Assembly (NCBI GenBank): GCA_051294375.1
Contig: CM119266.1
Location: 22,730,638 to 22,794,637 of the forward strand
Origin: Paraspadella gotoi
Lineage: Eukaryota > Animalia > Chaetognatha
Length of the DNA: 64,000 nt
Direction: 5' to 3'
A program made the translations under genes and the position numbers. Position 1 is the stretch's first letter; every line of letters begins with the position of its first letter. Positions 1 to 11,509 of the stretch are shown here, piece by piece. The notes below the pieces were generated by a model. That model was not told where the DNA came from. It saw nothing but the letters and a program-made list of their open reading frames with translations, and ran no database searches.

Positions 1-230
1 GTCGCGGAGGGATACGCGGGGAGGGGGAGAAAAGCGGATGGGATGAGGGTGGAGGACTATGATTTGAGGGAGGAGAGAGAGAATATCGTCGGCGTCTATA
101 CAACCATCGATTGATTCTCGATCTTCGCTGATAAATTTGGTCGAAAATTTTAGGAGATTCATGATATTAAATATAATTCAATTATTTGCTCTCAAAGATT
201 GACTGGTGAATCCACGGTGTTGGTTCAACA

Positions 231-800
231 ATAAGGCGTAGTAAAATTTCTAAATTTAACTTTAATTAAAATTCTAAAAGTGAGGAACGAACAACATTAT
301 ACTAATGAACATTTATGTAATAAAAAAATTTTTAATAAATTTTAAAATTTACGCAATAGGCCATATTTATACTAGTACTAAACCAATAAATATTAAAATT
401 TCAAAACAGTTTTTTCTAAGATTTTTTTGCAGAGTTGGATTCGTCATAAAAAGTTGGTAAAAAGAAATATAACTCTTTTTAAAAAATTCCTTCATTAAGT
501 GGGTCAAAAATTAGAAAAAGCTATATTTTAAGCTGAAAATTAACTTTTTATATATTAAATATAGTTTTTTTAATTTTAAACCCACTTAATGAAAGAATTT
601 TTAAAAATGATTTATATTTTCTTTTATCAACTTTTGACGAGGAATTCAAATCTGCAATCAAAATTAAGAAAAGCCTATTTTGAAATTTTTTGAATTAAAA
701 AACATAAAATTAATTTTTTTTACAAATTAATGTTCACTGATGGTATGTTGTTCATAATTGACTTTTAGAATTTTTGTATGTAACTTTCACTACGCCTTAT
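231..800. mobile_element. Foldback/palindromic MITE-like element with ~280-300 bp imperfect inverted arms
   Basis: Nested inverted matches: ATAAGGCGTAGT (231-242) vs ACTACGCCTTAT (789-800); AAAATTCTAAAAGT vs ACTTTTAGAATTTT; TTGCAGAGTTGGATT vs AATTCAAATCTGCAA; TTCATTAAGTGGGT (491-504) vs ACCCACTTAATGAA (580-593). The centre is near 540, the sequence is AT-rich and there is no ORF. The arms may extend weakly to ~211/828. Confidence 0.75.
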
Positions 801-1633
801 TCAACAATATTGCTTCAACACTGTTGAAGCTTTTTACTCTCGATTTTCAATCTCTCTTCCCGAGATAATAATACCATTTAAGTAAACAGACAGACAGATG
901 ATACTACAGGGAAAAATTAAAGTTTTTACACGAATTTTAAAAATGACATAGTCAGGTTTAATCCAATTGTAACTAAGACCTAAAAATTAAAACCCGCCCG
1001 TCGTGAAATTTTTCCGTCTTACTGAAAATTGAATAAAATCGCATAAGGATTCATAAAATGGCGGGCGAATCGCAAATTAAATGGAAATCGAATGGAAATG
1101 AGATACAAAAACTACTGCACCATGAAATTAAAATGGGGGACGGAGTTTGGAGTGAGAAAGAAGTGGGTCGGTGGTGCAGGTAAGTGTTGAAAAGAAAGCT
1201 GGGTAAGTTTATATATTCGCTGTCGAAAACGGAAAAAATGGAAAATGAATTAGAAAAAAGTAGTGTAACAATTTCACAATTTTGTGTTCGCGGACAAATG
1301 AAAATATTTTAGTTGCCATAAAGAACAAATATAAATATTATCAATGATTAGGCCCATATTGTCGAAAATATAATCCGAAATTCAACGAAAATCACAATCA
1401 ATGGATTATTTTATTATCATCGTCATATCTATTTAATAGTATTCCACAATCTACATGTTTATTGATATAAAAGCTATTATACGTAGTTTTCCCTAACAAT
1501 ACAACTCTCTACAGATTAAATATAATACTCGACACGAAGCTTCGACAGTAAAAATATCGACCACAACAATGATATAAACAAGGGAAACTAATTCTGCTCG
1601 TCACTGTGTCAACGATAAAGACGACTCAGGAGA

Positions 1634-1706
1634 AACGAACGAACGGACGAACAAACGGACGAACAAACGAGAACAAATACGAACGAATGCGAACGAATGA
1701 ATGAAT
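1634..1706. repeat. Degenerate (GAAC/GAAT)n tetranucleotide repeat
   Basis: AACGAACGAACGGACGAACAAACGGACGAAC...GAACGAATGAATGAAT. Confidence 0.8.
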
Positions 1707-1767
1707 TCTGACAAAGAGAAAATCCTTCCAGAAATACTTTTAGACAAATGACTGTGGGGGAGGATGC

Positions 1768-1771
<4 letters not shown>

Positions 1772-1840
<69 letters not shown>
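1772..1840. repeat. (AG)n microsatellite
   Basis: Uninterrupted AG dinucleotide tract; it is the source of the poly-ER ORF at 1764. Confidence 0.97.
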
Positions 1841-1843
<3 letters not shown>

Positions 1844-2487
1844 AAAGAGAGATACGAGACAGAGACAGAGGAGGCGGCTAGAAAGAGGAGGAAGACTCGA
1901 AGAGAGAGAGGACGACTCTCGCGTTGAAAATAATCCTGGAGAGTTGAGAGCGTGTTAAAAAAGAAAGTGTGAAATCCTACGAGAGGGAGAGAGTGAGAGA
2001 GAGAGAGAGAGAAATAGGCAGAGAGAGAGTTGGGGTCTTGGTGTGGGTAGAAGTAATCGATATTGTGCAGGTTGTCAATGGGTGATCGGCGAATAAGTTG
2101 CGAGAAAAGATGAAGGAAGAGAAAGAGACTTAATAATGGGAAGGAAAAAAAGAGAGAATAAGAAAAATAAGAAGGGTAGAAGAATATAAAAAAAAGTAGA
2201 AATACTAATATATTATACTAAAAAAGAGTTGGAAAAAAAACAGAATTTACATGCAATTGGTATTATAGAGTCAGAATAAAAAAAAGAATAAAAATAAACA
2301 ACAACAAAAAGAAAACCAGTAAAAAATAAATAGAAAAACAGACAAAAATAGGAAAAAGAAAAAGAGAGAGAAAAAAAAACGGAGATGAAAAAAAAGGGAG
2401 AATTGAGTTTGAAATAAGCAAAACCAATTTTGCAAAGCGACGCGTGATCCTTCATCCGTGTTATTGTCTTGAAAGGGAAAGAAGAAG

Positions 2488-2521
<34 letters not shown>

Positions 2522-3299
2522 CGAAGGGAACTCGAGTTGTAGCCGATTGGCGTCGCCCCTCACGCCAAGGCGACCGTCGCTGCCTCCTGACGCCGGCTTC
2601 TGCCGTTGGCGTGACGCCAACGTTGGCGATGAAGCGATCGACGAATGCGAGGATTTTTTAGTTATTCATTGAAACTAAACGTCGTTTGGTTGGAAGAATA
2701 TTCACTCATCTAGTGTACATAATTATAATCATACTATATATATATACTTCATATATAATCAGAAGGAGCGGACCTGTTCTAAGAGATATTTAAATCACGA
2801 TTGTCTGTCCTACGATCGCTTTTGCTAATAGGCGTCCTGTTCTGCGTAAACATGCAATTACCAAGGCACACGTAAGATCGCATGTTCTGAGTATGAATAG
2901 AAAACGATACCTTCACAAAGAAAATAGTCTATTACATACTCAAACATGTCTTACCGTAAGAAGCATATTAAAAAGATAAAAACATATAACTAAATTATTT
3001 TTTATCATTAATAAAGCGTTGAAAACCCCGTTCGCTCGAAGAACATTCTATGAAACAACGACTCATCTTATTCTGATCATATCGCTCACGACCCTTATTA
3101 TACACTCCATTGTGAGACTCATATCCCTGCCTTCATCGCGCACGACTCTTGCACTGACTCAATCCGTAAAGAAAACCGCGCTAGAGAAGAGAAGGAGCGC
3201 GAAATAAAGTCCCCTTTTTGTCTTGTTTTCCATTTTACAGACGGTAAGAAGAAAACTCACGAACCCTGAGAAATGTACGATAAATAATTCACACCGATT

Positions 3300-3492
3300 T
3301 TTTTTTTTCTTTCTTTCTTTTCTTTCTTTCTTTTATCTTTTTGATTCTTTTCTTTCTCTTTCTTCTTCTTTCTTTCTTCTTTCTTTCTTTCTTCTTTTCT
3401 TTGTTCTTTTCTCTTTTTTCTTCTTCTCTCTCTATCTCTCTCATCTCTCTGCTCTCTCTCTCTGCTCTCTCTCTTCTCTCTTCTTCTCTCTG
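3300..3492. repeat. (TTTC)n/(CT)n polypyrimidine tract
   Basis: Degenerate TTTC units grading into CT units. Confidence 0.9.
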
Positions 3493-6400
3493 TCCCTCAT
3501 CTCTGTCTCGTCTAAATCGCCATTCAAAATTTTTCCCTCCATCGGAGGGGCTAAGTTTTTTTCTTGAATGGCCCTAAAACTAGTTTTAAAACCCAAGCGC
3601 CGGTCGGAAGAAAAGGCCCGATCTAGCTGGCGTACGCCTGGCGGCTCTNNNNNNNNNNNNNNNNNNNNNNNNNNNNNNNNNNNNNNNNNNNNNNNNNNNN
3701 NNNNNNNNNNNNNNNNNNNNNNNNNNNNNNNNNNNNNNNNNNNNNNNNNNNNNNNNNNNNNNNNNNNNNNNNNNNNNNNNNNNNNNNNNNNNNNNNNNNN
3801 NNNNNNNNNNNNNNNNNNNNNNNNNNNNNNNNNNNNNNNNNNNNNNNNNNNNNNNNNNNNNNNNNNNNNNNNNNNNNNNNNNNNNNNNNNNNNNNNNNNN
3901 NNNNNNNNNNNNNNNNNNNNNNNNNNNNNNNNNNNNNNNNNNNNNNNNNNNNNNNNNNNNNNNNNNNNNNNNNNNNNNNNNNNNNNNNNNNNNNNNNNNN
4001 NNNNNNNNNNNNNNNNNNNNNNNNNNNNNNNNNNNNNNNNNNNNNNNNNNNNNNNNNNNNNNNNNNNNNNNNNNNNNNNNNNNNNNNNNNNNNNNNNNNN
4101 NNNNNNNNNNNNNNNNNNNNNNNNNNNNNNNNNNNTCCGATTTCATGGAGACTTGATTTGCATAAAATTCACTGGCACGAAGAAGGGAGAGAGGAAAGAG
4201 AGAGATAAGGGGGGAATGAGAAAAGGAGACAGAGAGAGAGAGAGTTTGAGAGAGTGAGATAGAAAGGGGAAGAGTAAGAAAGAGAGGTTTGCGAAGCTTC
4301 TTTCTCTCTATTTAGCTTTTACGACTGATTTTAGTCAAGTTGCTTTCCAGGACTTTTTTTCTCCCCTTCGAAAGGGGCGGGGATTCATGAATATTTCTGG
4401 GCTAATTTAAATAGTTGGAATTTTTTATCAGTCGAAGAATTGTCAATTCTAAATGAAATACGAGAGCGAGATTATAATTATTGCCTTCATTTAAGTAGTG
4501 CACAAAATTAAAGTCACATTACGAGAAGTAAGCTTAAACTTTTTAAGTTAGGTTCTTAGATGAAATTATGAAATGAAAGTCATTGAATTCAAATGTAATT
4601 TTCAAAAAAACGATTTCATACCTCAGCAATATCTGTTCAAGTAAAACTTTTTTCTTATCTTTAATAACCTATTTCCACTAATTTATTTTTTGCATCTACG
4701 TGGTACGAAACGAAAAACATCAAAGTTCTTTATTGTTATTGTTTTCTTCGTCCTTATCCATTCTCTATCTCTTGTTTTCTTTTCATATTTTTTATTTTTT
4801 TCTTTGAAAAAAAAATTGCAATTTTTCGTTTTTCTCTTTCTCTTCATTCTTCCTCTCGGGCGTCGCCATCTTTTTTTTTCGAATGTCGAAGGTCAAACTC
4901 TTTGTTCAAAACGTTTGACGTCTTTCGGCGCCGAATTTGAATTAAATTTTGCAAAAAAACGAAAGAAAAAAAGCGAAAAAAATTGAAAGAAAAAAAAAAG
5001 ATACAAAAAGACGAAAAAAAGAAAATTGGGTCCCAGTTTGAAAAGCGAAAGGGAGCGTGATGAATAAATGAGATGCGAAAGAAAGAAGGAGAGAGGNNNN
5101 NNNNNNNNNNNNNNNNNNNNNNNNNNNNNNNNNNNNNNNNNNNNNNNNNNNNNNNNNNNNNNNNNNNNNNNNNNNNNNNNNNNNNNNNNNNNNNNNNNNN
5201 NNNNNNNNNNNNNNNNNNNNNNNNNNNNNNNNNNNNNNNNNNNNNNNNNNNNNNNNNNNNNNNNNNNNNNNNNNNNNNNNNNNNNNNNNNNNNNNNNNNN
5301 NNNNNNNNNNNNNNNNNNNNNNNNATATAAAAAAAGCCGGTGTAGCAACGTGGCTTAAGTTTTTTAATTCAAAGCCGATGTCGTGAGACGAATTTAAATT
5401 GATTTATTTCCCTCGAAAATTCACATTCTATCTTTTTTTTTTGTTTTTTTTTAATTTACTTTTTTAATATTAATTTATTATTTTATTCTGCATTCATTAA
5501 TTTAACTTAATATGTATCTATCTGTACCTCTTCATGTCTAGATGTATTTGTCGAAACCCCAAGCATATCACAGATCACCAAGACGGAGAGAACTTCACTG
5601 TTTACGACCTAAAGGCGAAGCAACAACTTTTTCTGCAATGTCCATCGGGAAATGAATACTTCATAACTTCCTTGACGTAAATTGATTAAACCTTACAACG
5701 CCCATCTCTTTTAAAATTCTTCTCTCTCTCTCCCTCNNNNNNNNNNNNNNNNNNNNNNNNNNNNNNNNNNNNNNNNNNNNNNNNNNNNNNNNNNNNNNNN
5801 NNNNNNNNNNNNNNNNNNNNNNNNNNNNNNNNNNNNNNNNNNNNNNNNNNNNNNNNNNNNNNNNNNNNNNNNNNNNNNNNNNNNNNNNNNNNNNNNNNNN
5901 NNNNNNNNNNNNNNNNNNNNNNNNNNNNNNNNNNNNNNNNNNNNNNNNNNNNNNNNNNNNNNNNNNNNNNNNGAGAGAGAGAGAGAGAGAGAAAATCCCG
6001 CGCATAATAATAAAATCGTATTGGCGATGGAAAAGGTTTGATTGCAGGATTTGATTGGCGCCCGTGATAAATCGCTCCGTAATGTTTCTCAAGATAAAAC
6101 ACGTTGTCGGCGTCGTCGTCGTCGTCGTCGTCGTCGTCNNNNNNNNNNNNNNNNNNNNNNNNNNNNNNNNNNNNNNNNNNNNNNNNNNNNNNNNNNNNNN
6201 NNNNNNNNNNNNNNNNNNNNNNNNNNNNNNNNNNNNNNNNNNNNNNNNNNNNNNNNNNNNNNNNNNNNNNNNNNNNNNNNNNNNNNNNNNNNNNNNNNNN
6301 NNNNNNNNNNNNNNNNNNNNNNNNNNNNNNNNNNNNNNNNNNNNNNNNNNNNNNNNNNNNNNNNNNNNNNNNNNNNNNNNNNNNNNNNNNNNNNNNNNNN

Positions 6401-7169
6401 NNNNNNNNNNNNNNNNNNNNNNNNNNNNNNNNNNNNNNNNNNNNNNNNNNNNNNNNNNNNNNNNNNNNNNNNNNNNNNNNNNNNNNNNNNNNNNNNNNNN
6501 NNNNNNNNNNNNNNNNNNNNNNNNNNNNNNNNNNNNNNNNNNGCGATCAAATGTTTAAATATTTTATAATGGGTCATCGAAAAATGCTGAAAAGAAAATT
6601 ACATTAATACTAAAAATTATTTTTTTTATAGAAATCCTGACTGACTTGACGAGCTCAGCCGATTTAGCGATTGAGAAGCTGAATAGTAAAGATCTACTTG
6701 ATCTACAGTCCAGTATTTGATGAGGAAACAAGTTTAATGGGAGATGAAAAAATCGGGCAATAGTCAGCAAGTAGTTATATATTTTTGAAACATTCATAAA
6801 CTAAGTTGACTAGATGGCGTCAAAAAATAGAAATAGTAGTAAAACCCTGGTTAGTCAAATGAAGACGACAATACCCTCTCCTTAAACCCAAATCCCTTAT
6901 GACTCCCAAAGTTCTCTCCCCCCCCCCGCCACCCCCCCAAATCTTAATCGGCATTTCTCTTAAGGAATTTCCCTTTCAACGTCGACAAAAACTCCACCCA
7001 TTTTCTCCCTTTTTTACAATTCGTGTTTCTATTGTTTTCTCCTTTTCTTTTTTTCTTTTTCGCCTCCTTTCTTTTTCTATTTATAGTTTCTTTCTTTTTT
7101 CTTTCCTCCCTTCTCCCTCTCGCGAAAGAAAATGAAGAAGGGACTCCGGTTGGTTCCAAATTCGGCTGA

Positions 7170-7223
7170 GGACGAAGGGGAAGACGACGACGACGAGGAC
7201 GACGACGACGACGACGACGACGA
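7170..7223. repeat. (GAC)n trinucleotide microsatellite
   Basis: GACGACGAC run. The same motif recurs in both orientations at ~6110, 10790, 16940, 29530, 34290, 48524, 59603 and elsewhere. Confidence 0.92.
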
Positions 7224-8563
7224 GGGTTTCAGCCCCATACATATTCCAATTGGGGCCCCCGAATACGAGACGAACTTGAAAAGAAGGGAAAGGAAGGCAG
7301 AAGAAAGANNNNNNNNNNNNNNNNNNNNNNNNNNNNNNNNNNNNNNNNNNNNNNNNNNNNNNNNNNNNNNNNNNNNNNNNNNNNNNNNNNNNNNNNNNNN
7401 NNNNNNNNNNNNNNNNNNNNNNNNNNNNNNNNNNNNNNNNNNNNNNNNNNNNNNNNNNNNNNNNNNNNNNNNNNNNNNNNNNNNNNNNNNNNNNNNNNNN
7501 NNNNNNNNNNNNNNNNNNNNNNNNNNNNNNNNNNNNNNNNNNNNNNNNNNNNNNNNNNNNNNNNNNNNNNNNNNNNNNNNNNNNNNNNNNNNNNNNNNNN
7601 NNNNNNNNNNNNNNNNNNNNNNNNNNNNNNNNNNNNNNNNNNNNNNNNNNNNNNNNNNNNNNNNNNNNNNNNNNNNNNNNNNNNNNNNNNNNNNNNNNNN
7701 NNNNNNNNNNNNNNNNNNNNNNNNNNNNNNNNNNNNNNNNNNNNNNNNNNNNNNNNNNNNNNNNNNNNNNNNNNNNNNNNNAGAATAAAGAGTGAAACCA
7801 AACAAGAAAAGAAGAAAGAAAGAAAAGAGAAAAAAAAATTTAATTAAAAAAAGAAAGAAGCCGTTAAACTCAGCGAAGAAAGTCCAACAGGAGACGACGT
7901 GAAATGTGTGAACGATAAACCCACGTGAAGTGTGAAGAAGGAAAGGGAAGATGAGGAAAGGAGGAAGGGAGCGAGAAAAGGAGAGGAAGTAGGATGAGAA
8001 AAAGTGGAACAAGGAAGTGAATTGAGAAGTAACGAGTTTAGAGACAGACAAAGATGTTGTAGGATTATGTTTCAAATAAACTGAGAGTAAGAACCAGTAA
8101 GGTATAATAAAAAAAGGAAATATTGAGAAAAATTTTTAAAATGACCACAAAAAAAAACAAAAAGAAAAAAAAACAGTTTGTTCAAAACTGGTTGTAGTAA
8201 AAACTACAAAGTACAACCAACTCTAATTATTTTTTTTGAAGATTCCATAAAAACATCTAATTAACCTTATTAGCTTCAAGTATTTTACGTGCTCCAAACT
8301 TATAAAATTCATAAATTAATCGACGGGAAATTTTAAAACTGCATAAATCTCGACTTGATTCATGATCTTAAAGTAATAAGAATATCTAAAACCTTAGAAA
8401 ACGGAAAGGAAAAATATCGTCAAAAAAAAGAAAGGAAAATAAAGAAAAGAAAAGGAAAAGAAGATAAAGAAAGAGAATACGAATTCCGCTTGGGATCAAT
8501 TACTCGGCAACGTTAGTGTAATAAAGTAAAGTTCTCACTTGGCTCTTGTTTATGGTCCAACGC

Positions 8564-8564
<1 letters not shown>

Positions 8565-8648
<84 letters not shown>
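8565..8648. repeat. (CT)n microsatellite
   Basis: Pure CT tract of ~84 bp. Confidence 0.97.
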
Positions 8649-8651
<3 letters not shown>

Positions 8652-8994
8652 CGTCTTATCTCTTCTTGTCTCTTTCTCTTCTCACGCGTTACAAGTGTTG
8701 GTCCCTGCTCTCCTCTACAATCTTCAGTCTCCAACCCTTATTTCATTTTCACTTTCGCTTTTTCAAGCTCATTCTCATTCACTCTCATTCGCTCTCATTC
8801 ACTCGCATTCATTCTCATTCATAGATATCTTTTCCGCTTTTTTCAATTTAAATCAATTTACAACTAAATCATTATTTAAAGCAACGTCATATATTTTTTC
8901 GCTATAGCTTTATACGTAATTCACTATCATAATATAATAATCATATTATAATTCTGCTCACCTTTATGGTCTTTCCTTTATTACTCTCATTTTA

Positions 8995-9128
8995 ATCATA
9001 ACTATCATAATCATAAACTATCACCACTATCACCTTCACCGTCTTATTCACCATCACCGTCATCCTTAGCTCCATCTTCATCCATCATAATCATCATCAT
9101 CATCATCATCGTCATCTACATCATCACC
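8995..9128. repeat. Degenerate (CAT/CAC)n trinucleotide repeat
   Basis: ATCATAATCATCATCATCATCATCATCGTCATC with flanking ACC/ATC units. Confidence 0.8.
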
Positions 9129-10259
9129 CCTTCAAACTCACTTTCTCTACATCCTTCTTCAACTTACCCGTCAACTCTCTCTCTCTCCTTTCCTCTCACA
9201 ACTCTGACTCACTATTTCTTTTCTTTTTCCTCCCTTAATTCCTTTTTTTTTCTCTCCCTTTCCTTTCCTCCCACGCTGTGATTTCTTTTTTCTCACCGTC
9301 CCACTCCATGTCTCCAATCACAGAAAAAGAAAAAATCCTTCCTTATCTCTACTTTCTTTTTTTTTCAACCTCCTCCTCTCTTCCTTCTCTTCCCCTTTCT
9401 CCCTTCCTTCAATATCTATTTCCTATTTCCCTTTTCCTATCTCCCTCATCCTCCCTTTCTTTTCTAAACCAGACGTCGAGGGTCATCGACTTCCTCCCTC
9501 TCTTCTCCTCCTCCTCCTCCTCCTCCCTCTCCCTCCCTCTCTCCCTCAACATCGACCGTTTCCATCTCGCTTTGCCTCCTTCTATCTCTTTTGCATATGT
9601 AATCCCCCGAGCTTTGGAATATAACAAGCAGGATATCTCTGACATGTCCGCGAGGCGAAGCGAAGCGAGAGTGAGAGAGAGAGGGAGAGAGAAAGGGGGA
9701 GCGAGAAAAAGGGGGGAAAAAAGGGGAAAAAAAGGGAGAAAGAGAGAGACGGGAGGATGGAAATAAAACCAATTATTATAACACTACAGTTTACTTACAT
9801 ACACCACGCTGGACCATCATCGCTCGTTTTAATTATCAAAATAAAACCTCAACGACGGAAAAAGTGAAAACAAAAAAAACCTGAATAAAATTAATCCAAA
9901 ACAAAAACAATAGAACGAAGCTTAGAGAGAAAAAAAAAAAAAAACGACCGACGAACAAAGGCACAAAAGAAAGGGAAAAAGTCGGTAATGAAATTCCAGC
10001 CTCGAATTCAATTTTGAACCGCGGAAAACAAAAGGCTTCTTCCCTCAGGTGGCCTTCCATTCGCTCCGCGTGGCGCTTTTAATATTTCCGCCTTTTTTTT
10101 TAATATAAATTTTCTCTCTTTTTTATTTACATTTTTTTATTTATTTTGGCGGTATGTTAAAATTTTTAAGTAAATCATTAAAAATTAAAAATTAAATTTC
10201 AGTTAAACTAGCCATCCGTCATTATTTAATTCTAATTTTAAAAGTATTTGTAATTTGTT

Positions 10260-10803
10260 TCATTTTTTTTTGTTTCTTTGCAGCCTTCAGCTTCGTTAAT
10301 CATCTTTTTTTTTTATCGTTTTTTATGTTTTTTTAAAATAATATTATAAAAAAATTATAAAGTGAATTTGGAATTTCCTGTCCTCACTATTGATTGATTC
10401 CCTTTTATTTCACTTTCGACGATTCGCATCTCCGACCGGGCGGCCATTTTTGATTGATGCCGTTTTAATCCGCCACGAGGCGACGCCAGGTGACGATAAC
10501 GACGACGGTTACGTCAAGAGATAACGTCAAAAAACCTCCGCGTGAGCACAATTTTATCGTGTTATTTGTGAGAGATCTCGGCAGTCAAAAAATCCTCAAT
10601 ATATATCATTACTTCAGTTATTATGAAAATTATAGTTTATAAAGCGTTACGAAATATTTAATGAAAAATTATGTACATCAGCTATATATCTATTTTTAAA
10701 TTCAAATAAATAACTTTGAATTCAATCCTAATCGTCACTATCGACTCCTTTCCGCCGTTTGTCTCCCTCCCTTTCTCATCTTCGTCTTCGTCGTTTTCGT
10801 CAT

Positions 10804-10835
<32 letters not shown>

Positions 10836-11509
10836 NNNNNNNNNNNNNNNNNNNNNNNNNAAACTTCACGGATGGAACGAATTTTCGGCCTCGAAATTTC
10901 GGCGTCGTGAGACGAAGACGACGACGATGACGACGCGACGCTGACGACGACGATGACGACGATGAGAAAACGGACGAAGACGAAGATTGAGAAAGGGAGG
11001 GAGACAAACGGCGAAAGGAGTCGATAGTGACGATTAGGATTGAATTGAAAGTTATTTTATTTGAATTAAAATAGATACATATATAGCTGATGTACATAAT
11101 TTTTCATTAAAATATTTCGTAACGCTTATGATAACTATAATTTCATAATAGCTGAAGTAATGATATATATTGAGGATTTTTTGACTGCCGAGATCTCTCA
11201 CAAACAACACGATAAAATTGTGCTCACGCGGAGGTTTTTGACGTTATCTCTTGACGTAACGTCGTCGTTATCGTCACCTGGCGTCGCCTCGTGGCGGATT
11301 AAAACGGCATCAATCAAAAATGGCCGCCCGGTCGGAGATGCGAATCGTCGAAAGTGAAATAAAAGGGCAATCAATTCATAGTGAGGACAGGAAATTCCAA
11401 ATTCACTGTTATAATTTTTTTATAATATTATTTTAAAAAAACATAAAAAAAACGGAAAAAAAAAAGCGATTAACTGAAGCTGAGGCTGCAAAGAACAAAA
11501 AAAAAATGA
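10260..11509. other. Inverted duplication around a 25-N gap (mis-oriented gap-fill segment; probable assembly artefact)
   Basis: 10260-10835 is the near-identical reverse complement of ~10925-11509. Reverse-complementing 10861-11509 gives ...GTGAAGTTT, which runs directly into the T tract and GTTTCTTCGAAA from 11510, the same junction seen intact at ~20450-20490. Confidence 0.88.

Noticed and set aside
1177-1208. Two consensus splice donors (CAG|GTAAGT, TGG|GTAAGT)
   Set aside because: No supportable upstream exon or reading frame; such motifs occur by chance in 64 kb.
7132-7308. Acidic ORF (EDEGEDDDDEDDDD)
   Set aside because: It is produced by a (GAC)n microsatellite that is common here in both orientations, and it runs into a gap.
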